DNA of 32,000 nucleotides from Deinococcus radiodurans R1 = ATCC 13939 = DSM 20539 (lineage in GTDB: Bacteria > Deinococcota > Deinococci > Deinococcales > Deinococcaceae): assembly GCF_000008565.1 (NCBI RefSeq), contig NC_001263.1, positions 675,776-707,775 of the forward strand, given 5' to 3'. Under the pieces are notes generated by a model that was not told the DNA's origin, made no database searches, and worked only from the letters and a program-made list of their open reading frames with translations. The position numbers were made by a program, and so were the translations under genes. This document shows, piece after piece, positions 12,728-21,588 of the stretch (within the stretch, counting starts at the first letter, position 1; each line of letters opens with the position of its first letter).

Positions 12728-13067
12728 TGACTCCGAGCGGCTGGAAGATGCTCTGGCTGCGGCCCAGGCCGCCGTCTCGTTTGCCGGTGCCCTGACCCTG
12801 GACGAGTTGCGGGCTGACCACCTCACGCTGGCTGCCCTGAAATACGAACTGCTGGTGCTTGGCGAAGCGGTAGGCGGTCTGAGTGACAGCGTGCGCCAGA
12901 GTGCGCCTGACCTTCCCTGGTCACAGCTTCGGGGCCTACGCAATGTCGTGACCCATGAGTATTTTCGCGTCTCGCCCAGCATTCTTCATCAGGTGGTCAC
13001 TGTAGATTTGCCTGCCCTGATTCCTCGATTGGACGTTCTCCTGGACGAGCGACAACGCTACGCCTAA
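12717..13067 (+). CDS. HEPN-domain (DUF86 / HepT-type) toxin
   Basis: The R-x4-H motif appears in LRGLRNVVTHEYF. The GTG at 12717 overlaps the MNT stop by 11 nt, and an alternative in-frame ATG lies at 12678. The size and genetic linkage are typical of HEPN/MNT pairs. Confidence 0.8.
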   Translation: MPRSDSERLEDALAAAQAAVSFAGALTLDELRADHLTLAALKYELLVLGEAVGGLSDSVRQSAPDLPWSQLRGLRNVVTHEYFRVSPSILHQVVTVDLPALIPRLDVLLDERQRYA

Positions 13068-13104
13068 GGCCACGTTCGCGCCTTTTCTCTATAAGGAGCT
13101 CCCT

Positions 13105-13587
13105 TTGACCCTTTCCGACAAACACATCCGCCTGATTCAGGCGACCCCCAACGACTTCGGCACCGTCACTGGCCTACTTGAACAGGCTGGGCTGCACACC
13201 TCCAGCGTGACCCCGGACGGCTCGACCTACTGGATTGCTTACCTCGACGGTCAGCCCGGCGGCTGCATCGGCCTGGAGCATGGGCAGGGCGTCTCGCTCA
13301 TCCGCTCGACGGCGGTGCTGCCCGACTTCCGCTCGCACGGGCTGGGGCGGGCGTTGGTGCTCTCGGCGCTGACGCACGCCTCGCTGCGCGGCGACCACAC
13401 CGTCTACCTCTTTTCCTCCGAGGCGGGCGACTACTGGAAGCGCTTCGGCTTCGGGCCGAGTACGGCGGCAGAAATCGAGGCGGCGCTGCCCGAGGCACCG
13501 CAGGTTCAAAGTGGCGTGATGCGTGGCTGGATCAAGGAGGAGCAGGTCTGGAAACGCGAACTGCTGCAAGTGGGGGCGCAGGGGTGA
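13105..13587 (+). CDS. GNAT family N-acetyltransferase (ArgA/ArsN2-like branch, judged by eye)
   Basis: A TTG start lies 6 nt after AAGGAG. The sequence contains the motif RSHGLGRALV. It is a paralogue of the next gene (TYWIAYLDGQPGGCIGLEHGQGVSLIRS versus TYWIMERNGEAVGAVGLEHGDGVSLLRG). Confidence 0.75.
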   Translation: MTLSDKHIRLIQATPNDFGTVTGLLEQAGLHTSSVTPDGSTYWIAYLDGQPGGCIGLEHGQGVSLIRSTAVLPDFRSHGLGRALVLSALTHASLRGDHTVYLFSSEAGDYWKRFGFGPSTAAEIEAALPEAPQVQSGVMRGWIKEEQVWKRELLQVGAQG

Positions 13588-13725
13588 AGCGCGGTGGGGG
13601 AGAGCAGACAGGTCCGCTTGTGGCGGGGCGGCTGCGCTATGCTGCGGGCACAGCACAATTCTCAGCGCTCGAGCCCGCACGGCGCGGCTTATCTGCTGCC
13701 GTTCTTGCCCCAGGAGGGAAGCACC

Positions 13726-14181
13726 ATGTCCGATACCACCCTGACCACCCGCCTCGCCACCGCCGAGGACAAACCCCAGGTGACCCGCATGTTCTCGGAA
13801 GCGGGGCTGGACACCGACGCCGCGCTCGAGAGCGGCACGACTTACTGGATCATGGAGCGCAACGGCGAAGCGGTGGGCGCCGTGGGCCTGGAGCATGGCG
13901 ACGGGGTCAGCCTGCTGCGCGGCGCGGCGGTGTCTCCCTCGTCGCGGGGCATGGGCCTGGGGCGGCAGCTCGTCATCAGCGCGGTGGAATATGCGCGTGG
14001 GCGTGGCGACCGGGCCGTGTACCTGTTTTCCAAGGGGGGCAAATGGGAAACCTTCGGCTTTACCCAGATTCCGCTGGCTGTGGTCATGGGGGACATCCCC
14101 GACGCGCCGCAGATTCAGGCCTACCGATCGCGCGGCGAGCGCCCCGGCGGCACCACCTGGATGCGCGACCTGACCAAATAA
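13726..14181 (+). CDS. GNAT family N-acetyltransferase, paralogue of 13105-13587
   Basis: The ATG at 13726 is preceded by AGGAGGG. The sequence contains the motif RGMGLGRQLV and the shared C-terminal IPDAPQIQ / LPEAPQVQ. Confidence 0.75.
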   Translation: MSDTTLTTRLATAEDKPQVTRMFSEAGLDTDAALESGTTYWIMERNGEAVGAVGLEHGDGVSLLRGAAVSPSSRGMGLGRQLVISAVEYARGRGDRAVYLFSKGGKWETFGFTQIPLAVVMGDIPDAPQIQAYRSRGERPGGTTWMRDLTK

Positions 14182-14215
14182 ACAGCCAGCCTGCTCGGGC
14201 GTGGGGAGGGTCGGT

Positions 14216-14746
14216 ATGACCTTTCTCGCGCTCGATTCCATTGCCATTCCCGACATTCACTCTGACGCACCGCTCACCGAGCGCAAGGCGAAGTTGTCGG
14301 ACATAGATGCCATTCACGAGCTCATTGGCTACTGGGCGGCGCGGGGCCTGATGCTGGTGCGCTCCAAGACCCTGCTCGCCGAAACCATCCGCGACTTTCA
14401 CCTCGTGCTGGCCGAGCCGCATGGGGGGCACCCCAGCGGGCTGGCGGGCGTGTGTGGCCTGCACCTGCTCGCGCCTGACCTTGCCGAGGTGCGCGGGCTC
14501 GCCATTCACCCCGCCATGCAGGGGCGCGGCCTGGGCAAACAGCTCGTGCTCGCCTGCGAGGCCGAGGCGCGGGCGATTGACCTTCCCGCCCTGTTCGCCT
14601 GGACCTACCAGCAGGGCTTTTTCGAGAAGTGTGGCTTTCACCGCATCGAGAAGACGAGTCTGCATCCCCGGGTGTGGTCCGAGTGCCAGCGCTGCGCCTT
14701 TTTCGAAAACTGCAACGAAATTGCCATGTTGCGGGAGCTGACGTGA
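14216..14746 (+). CDS. argA: Short single-domain N-acetylglutamate synthase-like GNAT (amino-acid N-acetyltransferase)
   Basis: The ATG at 14216 lies 5 nt after GGGGAGGG. CGLHLLAPDLAEVRGLAIHPAMQGRGLGKQLV closely parallels the mycobacterial short NAGS (Rv2747: GALHVLWSDLGEIRTVAVDPAMTGHGIGHAIV, as I recall it). The gene sits directly upstream of carA in an arginine cluster. Confidence 0.65.
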   Translation: MTFLALDSIAIPDIHSDAPLTERKAKLSDIDAIHELIGYWAARGLMLVRSKTLLAETIRDFHLVLAEPHGGHPSGLAGVCGLHLLAPDLAEVRGLAIHPAMQGRGLGKQLVLACEAEARAIDLPALFAWTYQQGFFEKCGFHRIEKTSLHPRVWSECQRCAFFENCNEIAMLRELT

Positions 14747-14909
14747 GGGTGCCCCGGCCCACAACAGGCCAGAGCGTAGGCCGGGAGGGGCGTCGGCAAC
14801 CAAAAACGAGTAACATAGCCGATTGGCAAGCGTGCCCCGCTCCGGGCCAGGCCGCCGCTGCCCCCACCCTATTAACCGCGTCCGGTGAGGCGCGAATGGA
14901 GGTCCAAGC

Positions 14910-16094
<1,185 letters not shown>

Positions 16095-16103
16095 CAGGGC
16101 CGC

Positions 16104-16126
16104 GTGACCCGGGAATGATGGGTCAC
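16104..16126 (+). terminator. Hairpin 10 nt after the carA stop (possible terminator; no clear T tract)
   Basis: There is a perfect 7-bp stem, GTGACCC with GGGTCAC, and a 9-nt loop. No immediate U run follows, so function is uncertain. Confidence 0.3.
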
Positions 16127-16435
16127 AGGCTCGTTGAGGTTTTGCACAGTGTCAGGTTGAACTTGGTTCAGACGTTGTGAGAAATCTCATATTTGGAAGT
16201 GCTTCCTGAGCCATTATAAAGAAGTCCCCGCGCACCCCATGCCTGGCCGTATGAGGAGTGTGAACGACGAAGTGGTTTTGAAGCAGGGAAGCATCTGACG
16301 CATTCGGGCGCCTTGTCAGATGTGGAGCGAGTGGCGCGACCGGCAAAGCTGTGGCAACACACTTGCCGGTTGTTTGTTGTCTCTCGGCTGGCCCCGCCCT
16401 CTTATGTTCTGAACGCTTTTCTCAAGGAGTTGCAC

Positions 16436-18454
16436 ATGCGTACATTCTCTTCTCTCTCCGCTGTGGTCGCAGCACTCGCACTGGGTACTGCTGGGGCACA
16501 GACCCTCGCTACTCCCCCCACTACTCCCGCGGGCACGGAGATCATCAACAAGGCGGAAATCACCTTCACGCCCGAATCCACCCCGACCAACCCCAACCCC
16601 CCCAGCGAAACCATTGAGACGCCGCCCGTCATCACGGTGGTCAACCCGGTGCCGAGCTTTACCATCACCCCCAACGACGGCAGCAAGGACACCACCCAGC
16701 CCGACTACACCAACCCCGGTCAGACCAGGGAAGTCAAGCCGTGCGACAAGAACGTGACCTTTGCTTACACGTTGACCAACACCGGCAACGTGAACGGCGA
16801 GTCGTACACGCTGACCAACACGCCTGACCCCACCGGCGCGGTCAAGACCCCCGAGAACATCCGGTTCTACCTCGACAGCAACAACAACGGTCAGCTCGAC
16901 CAGAGCGAGATTGCTGCGGGAGCCACCACCACCATCACGGACGTGGCGATCAACCAGACCGTCAAGTTCTTCCAGGTCTACGACGTGCCCTGCACCGCGA
17001 CGAGCACCGACAAGTTCGGTGGCGATCCCACCGGCACCCGCAACGACAACCCCAACTTCAGCAACGATCCCACCCTGCCGCGTGACGCCAACAACTCCAA
17101 CACCGTCACCATCAACCGCAAGGATGGCGTCGTGATCGGGCCTAAGGCTGACCCGGACGGCAACGGCAACCCCGTGACCCCCGCTTACAACAGCCCCGAA
17201 GGCATCAACATCGTCCCCACGGCCAGCGACACCCAGGTGGCGACCGTGACCACGCTGCCGACGAGCGGCGTGACTGTCACCTTCACCAATACCATCCAGA
17301 ACACCGGCAACCGCACCGACACCTTCGAACTGACCCAGACCAACACCTTCCCTGCCGGAACCACGGTCGTGTTCAAGGACGCCAACGGCAACGCCCTGCC
17401 CACCGTCAACGGCAAGCCCGTCGTGCAGAATGTGCCTGAAAACGGCACTGTCGACATCCAGGTCATCGTGACGCTGCCTGCCGGCGTGACCCCCACCCAG
17501 CTCTCCGGTCAGCCTGCGGTGACGGTCACCACCACCAGCCAGAACGACCCGACCAAGAGCGACACCACCAAGGACATCATCGAAGTCAAGGTGCCCGGTA
17601 TCGCCTTCGGTGACCCCACTCCTGGCCTCGGCGGTGACCCGACCCCCGTCGGCACGCCTCCCACGGGCGTTCCCGGCAACCCCGGCACCCCTCTCACCCC
17701 TGGCAACCCCCAGACCTGCACGGCGCCTATCCGCACCTACCTGCCGATGGAAATTGCCAACCTGGGCAGCCAGGACGACGCCTTCGTGGTCAGCGGCACC
17801 GCGCCTGTGACCGTCCTCAACCCCGACGGCACCGTCAACCCCACCCCCGTGATCGTGCCCGTGGTGTACTACCGCGACGTGAACGGCGACGGCAAGCTCG
17901 ACGCTGGCGACACCGAGCTCCAGGGCGGCAACACCGGCACCATCAAGCCCGGTGAAGAAATCAAGCTGATTGCTGTGGTCGACGTGCCCTGCGCCGCCGC
18001 CCAGCAGACCATCACGCTGAACCAGGAAGCCAAGTCGCCCACCACCGGCGTGTCTCAGAAGGATCCCAACGACACCATCACCGTCGGCGGCAACGGCGGC
18101 AAGCCCATCGTCACCAAGACGGTCGACAAGGCCACCGCCAACCCCGGCGATACGCTGACCTACACCATCATCGGCAAGAACACCTCGAACGCCAACGTGA
18201 AGCAGGCCCTGGTGTGCGACACCGTGCCGACCAACACCACGTTCGTGAGCTTCACGGCCACCACCAACGCCAGCGGTACCGTCGTGTACTCAAACAACGG
18301 CGGCTCCAGCTGGAGCGCGAGCGCCACGGCCCCCGCTGCGGGCGCCAAAGTGTGCGCGGGTGTGGACACCAACAACGATGGCAAAGTCGACGCGGCTGAC
18401 ATCCTCAAGCCCGGCGAAACCATCACCGTGACCTACCAGGTCAAGGTGAACTGA
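16436..18454 (+). CDS. Secreted Thr/Asn/Pro-rich Ig-like repeat protein with a C-terminal DUF11 module (cluster gene 1; candidate major surface/fibre subunit)
   Basis: I chose the ATG at 16436, 6 nt after AAGGAG. It gives the signal peptide MRTFSSLSAVVAALALGTAGA|QT. The DUF11 signature is KTVDKATANPGDTLTYTIIGKNTSNANVKQALVCDTVPTNTTFVS. There are three DxNxDGxxD loops (LDSNNNGQLDQSE, RDVNGDGKLDAGD, VDTNNDGKVDAAD). The upstream 41 codons of the track ORF are unlikely to be coding. Confidence 0.85.
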   Translation: MRTFSSLSAVVAALALGTAGAQTLATPPTTPAGTEIINKAEITFTPESTPTNPNPPSETIETPPVITVVNPVPSFTITPNDGSKDTTQPDYTNPGQTREVKPCDKNVTFAYTLTNTGNVNGESYTLTNTPDPTGAVKTPENIRFYLDSNNNGQLDQSEIAAGATTTITDVAINQTVKFFQVYDVPCTATSTDKFGGDPTGTRNDNPNFSNDPTLPRDANNSNTVTINRKDGVVIGPKADPDGNGNPVTPAYNSPEGINIVPTASDTQVATVTTLPTSGVTVTFTNTIQNTGNRTDTFELTQTNTFPAGTTVVFKDANGNALPTVNGKPVVQNVPENGTVDIQVIVTLPAGVTPTQLSGQPAVTVTTTSQNDPTKSDTTKDIIEVKVPGIAFGDPTPGLGGDPTPVGTPPTGVPGNPGTPLTPGNPQTCTAPIRTYLPMEIANLGSQDDAFVVSGTAPVTVLNPDGTVNPTPVIVPVVYYRDVNGDGKLDAGDTELQGGNTGTIKPGEEIKLIAVVDVPCAAAQQTITLNQEAKSPTTGVSQKDPNDTITVGGNGGKPIVTKTVDKATANPGDTLTYTIIGKNTSNANVKQALVCDTVPTNTTFVSFTATTNASGTVVYSNNGGSSWSASATAPAAGAKVCAGVDTNNDGKVDAADILKPGETITVTYQVKVN

Positions 18455-18464
18455 GGCCTCTCGT

Positions 18465-18512
18465 GAGGCGGCGCCCTCCTGCCTGCGGGCGGGGCGTGCG
18501 CCGCCTCTTTTG
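18465..18512 (+). terminator. Strong rho-independent terminator/attenuator after cluster gene 1
   Basis: There is a perfect 10-bp GC-rich stem, GAGGCGGCGC (18465-18474) with GCGCCGCCTC (18498-18507), followed by TTTT. Confidence 0.75.
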
Positions 18513-18589
18513 CACTTCCTTTTGTTCTGCCCCAACACGAGAAGCCTATTTTTCAAGCAAGCAGAGTCGTTCCTGATCTGGGAGGCACC

Positions 18590-21586
18590 GTGCAACAATC
18601 CCTTGGACTGAAAGAGTCTCGCCCGAAGGTCGTGGGGCCGTTGCTGGCCCTGTCGCTGGCCCTGGGTACCCCCGCCCTGGCCGCCGGTACCCCCGCCGGG
18701 ACCATCATTCGCAACCAGGCCACCCTGGAATATCTGCTGCTCAGCGGCACCCCCGAAACGATCACCACCCCGCCGGTAGAAACGGTGGTCAGCCCTGTTT
18801 GTAGTGTGAGTGTGCTGCCCAACGGCACCGTCAGCGCACCCGGTCAGAGTCTGTCTCTCGATCCGGGGCAGAGCGGGCTGCTGCGGTACACGCTCTTCAA
18901 CGCGGGCAACACCACCAATACCTACGCACTCGAAGCGGTCAACGAGGCGGGGTCGCAGTTTGCGCCGCAACTCGCCATCTATCAGGATCTCAACGGCAAC
19001 GGCGTCGTGGACAACGGAGAAGGGCCGCTGAGCAACGTGGCGGTCAATGCCGACCAGACGGTCAATCTGCTGGTGCAGGTGGTGACGGGCAGCGCGGCGC
19101 GCGGGACCGCATTCCCCAACCTGATTGCCAGTTGCGGTGGCGGAGCGTCCACCAATGGGCGTGATGCCGACAACGTTTCGCAGGTCACCCTGACCAACCC
19201 ACCGGTGCTGGCGCTGCAAAAGACCTTCACCCCCGCCGAGGTGCGGGCGGGCGGCGAAACCACCGTCAACCTGACCTTGACCAACAACGGCGGCGACTCG
19301 CGTGAAGCGGTGCTGACCGACCTGCTGAACACGCCTGAGCTGCGTGACTTCGTGTTTGTCAGTGGGAGCGCTCGCCTGGGCGGCAACGCGAGAGACGCTG
19401 TCATTGAATACACCGCCGACGGGAGCAGTTGGAACACGGTGCAGCCCCCGAACGTGGCGGGCATCCGGGTGCGGACCTCGTCGGTGCCGGCGGGCGGCAG
19501 CCTGCAACTTTCCTTCACGCTGCGTGCCCCCCGTGTGACGGCTACTACCCGGCGCAACGTCGCCACAGTCGTCAGCGGCGGTCAGACCATCGAAGCGACG
19601 GCGCCTATCGGAATTCGTCCAGTCGTTGAAATCGCCTTGGGGCCGCAGGGCAACCCTCGTGCGCTGCCCGGCGGCGAGATGAGCGCCGACGACCGTCAGG
19701 TGCGCGACAGCGTCGTGGGCGGCCAAGAAGTGTGCTTTACCCACACCGTGCAGAACCTCGGCGACCTGACCGACACCATCAGCACTGGGGTCAGCCGCAT
19801 CAATGAAGGCGCCAATTACACTCTGCGCGACATGGCCGGGAAACCGATCAACGGGGACTTCGTGGTCACGCTCGAGCCGCAGCAGACCGCCGATTTCCAG
19901 GCGTGTTACTCCTACCCGACCGCCGAGCGCACCTCGCTCGAAGCGGTGCTGACCAGCCGCAGCTCGCAGGGCGCGGCGGACAACCGCACGGTGGACCAGA
20001 TCACCACCGTCTACCCCAACACCATCGGCCTGACCAAGACGAGCGACCGGGGGCAGAACGCGCTGGTGGCCCCCGGCGAAGAACTGACCTACACTCTGAC
20101 TTTCACCAACACGCTGCCGGTGCCGCTCAATGGTGTAGTGGTGCGCGACCCACTCGGCGTGATCTACCCGCCCGGCACCCCCAGCCCCATCAGGCCGACC
20201 AGCGTGACCCGGCCCGCGACGGCGGCGGTGCCGAGCAAGGCGCCCGCAGCGGCAGCCAGCGTGACCACGGCGAGCCGGCCTCTGGCGGCCCAGGCCACCA
20301 ATGTCGGCGCTCTGGAGTTCGTGCGGGCCGACCGGGGCGGCGTGCTGGAAAACGGCGAGGTCGTCTGGCGACTCGGCACCGTGCAGCCGGGCGAAACCGT
20401 GACCCTGCACGTGACGGTGCGGGTGCCGGCCACGATGACCGACGGCGCCGTCATCCACAACATCTACACCCTGACGAGCACCGAGCTGCCCACGCCGCTG
20501 GAATCGCCGCCTGCCACCAACACGGTGTTCAACCCCGGCAACTTCGAACTGACCAAGACGAGCAACCCCACCACCGTGGTCTTTGGGGAAACGATCACCT
20601 ACATCTTTACCGTAACCAACCGCAGCACCGTGGTTCCGCTGAAAAACGTCCAAGTGCAGGACACCCTGCCGGCTGGGCTGGTCTATCAGGAGAACAGCAG
20701 CGGCTACCGCGCGGGCCTGTCGGGTGAGTTCACCCCGATTCAGCCGACCATCCGTGACCGGACCTACGTCTGGACCATCCCCGAGGTGGCTCCCGGCGCG
20801 AGCGCGCAGGTCAGCTTTCGCGCCATCGTGACGCCGGAAGCGGGCACGCAGCTTCGCAACAACGCTGTGGGCCGCGCCGTCGCCAGCGAGCGCGAAACCA
20901 ACTCGCGTCCGACAGGCGTGCTCAACCGGGTCGAGCCGCTGAGCTTCGGGGTCAACAACGCCGACCTGGTCGGTTACGTCTTCCTCGACCGCAACCGCAA
21001 CGGCGTGTACGACTACCTCGTCGACCTGCCCTGCCCCAAGGCGCGGGTGATTCTCGCCAATGGCCGCATCGAGTTGACCGACAACGAGGGCCGTTACCAC
21101 TTCCGCAACGTGCGCGAGCAGACCTGGGGCCTGCGCCTCGACCCCAACTCGGTGGCGCTGCCCGCGCTGCAAATGCCGCAGGATAGTGGCCGCCCTGGCA
21201 GCCGCCAGGTGTACGTGCGCGGCCTGACCAGCGTGGACTTCGCGCTCGCGCCTGACGGCGGCGACATCGCCGTGATCCGCGACACCACGCTGCGGATCAG
21301 CGGCGGCCCCGAGGGCGCCCAGAAGACCATGCAGGTGCAAAAGCAGGTGTTCACCACGCCGGACGCCGGCGTCTACCGCGTGCAGCTTATTCTGGGCAAC
21401 CAGCAGCCGCTGCCCGGCTTTACCCTGACCGATCCGCTGCCGACGGGCGCACAGCTCGTGGACGGCGAGAACGTCCTCAATTTCGATCCCCTGCCCAGCG
21501 GCGAACGCGCGGTGACCTACCGCTTCCGCTGGCAGGGTGATTCCAAGGCCGCCGTCACCGACCCGACGGCAAGCTGGAGGTACTGA
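18590..21586 (+). CDS. Secreted multi-DUF11 / SdrD-B-like repeat protein (cluster gene 2)
   Basis: The GTG start follows GGGAGG. The signal peptide is ...VVGPLLALSLALGTPALA|AG. DUF11 modules include GEELTYTLTFTNTLPVPLNGVVVRDPL and FELTKTSNPTTVVFGETITYIFTVTNRSTVVPLKNVQVQDTLPAGLVY. An SdrD-B/Cna-B-like module reads LVGYVFLDRNRNGVYD...TDNEGRYHFRNV. Confidence 0.85.
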   Translation: MQQSLGLKESRPKVVGPLLALSLALGTPALAAGTPAGTIIRNQATLEYLLLSGTPETITTPPVETVVSPVCSVSVLPNGTVSAPGQSLSLDPGQSGLLRYTLFNAGNTTNTYALEAVNEAGSQFAPQLAIYQDLNGNGVVDNGEGPLSNVAVNADQTVNLLVQVVTGSAARGTAFPNLIASCGGGASTNGRDADNVSQVTLTNPPVLALQKTFTPAEVRAGGETTVNLTLTNNGGDSREAVLTDLLNTPELRDFVFVSGSARLGGNARDAVIEYTADGSSWNTVQPPNVAGIRVRTSSVPAGGSLQLSFTLRAPRVTATTRRNVATVVSGGQTIEATAPIGIRPVVEIALGPQGNPRALPGGEMSADDRQVRDSVVGGQEVCFTHTVQNLGDLTDTISTGVSRINEGANYTLRDMAGKPINGDFVVTLEPQQTADFQACYSYPTAERTSLEAVLTSRSSQGAADNRTVDQITTVYPNTIGLTKTSDRGQNALVAPGEELTYTLTFTNTLPVPLNGVVVRDPLGVIYPPGTPSPIRPTSVTRPATAAVPSKAPAAAASVTTASRPLAAQATNVGALEFVRADRGGVLENGEVVWRLGTVQPGETVTLHVTVRVPATMTDGAVIHNIYTLTSTELPTPLESPPATNTVFNPGNFELTKTSNPTTVVFGETITYIFTVTNRSTVVPLKNVQVQDTLPAGLVYQENSSGYRAGLSGEFTPIQPTIRDRTYVWTIPEVAPGASAQVSFRAIVTPEAGTQLRNNAVGRAVASERETNSRPTGVLNRVEPLSFGVNNADLVGYVFLDRNRNGVYDYLVDLPCPKARVILANGRIELTDNEGRYHFRNVREQTWGLRLDPNSVALPALQMPQDSGRPGSRQVYVRGLTSVDFALAPDGGDIAVIRDTTLRISGGPEGAQKTMQVQKQVFTTPDAGVYRVQLILGNQQPLPGFTLTDPLPTGAQLVDGENVLNFDPLPSGERAVTYRFRWQGDSKAAVTDPTASWRY

Positions 21587-21588
21587 GA

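Noticed and set aside
14753-14785. Hairpin CCCGGCC...GGCCGGG containing AGGCCAGAGCGTAGG upstream of carA, considered as a PyrR-binding loop or attenuator
   Set aside because: By my count only about 9 of 14 positions match the ARUCCAGAGAGGYU consensus as I recall it. I saw no alternative terminator/antiterminator pair or U tract.
16402-16418. TTATGTTCTGAACGCTT, resembling the Deinococcus radiation/desiccation response motif (RDRM, DdrO operator), just upstream of gene 1
   Set aside because: The left half (TTATGT) and the centre fit. The right half (ACGCTT) does not mirror it, and only the inner GTTC-N-GAAC is palindromic. I do not recall this locus as part of the RDR regulon. A matrix scan or DdrO EMSA would settle it.
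16313-16435. Track start of gene 1 at 16313 (41 extra N-terminal codons)
   Set aside because: The extension has no signal-peptide character and lies in the AT-richer spacer. The ATG at 16436 follows AAGGAG and yields a canonical signal peptide.
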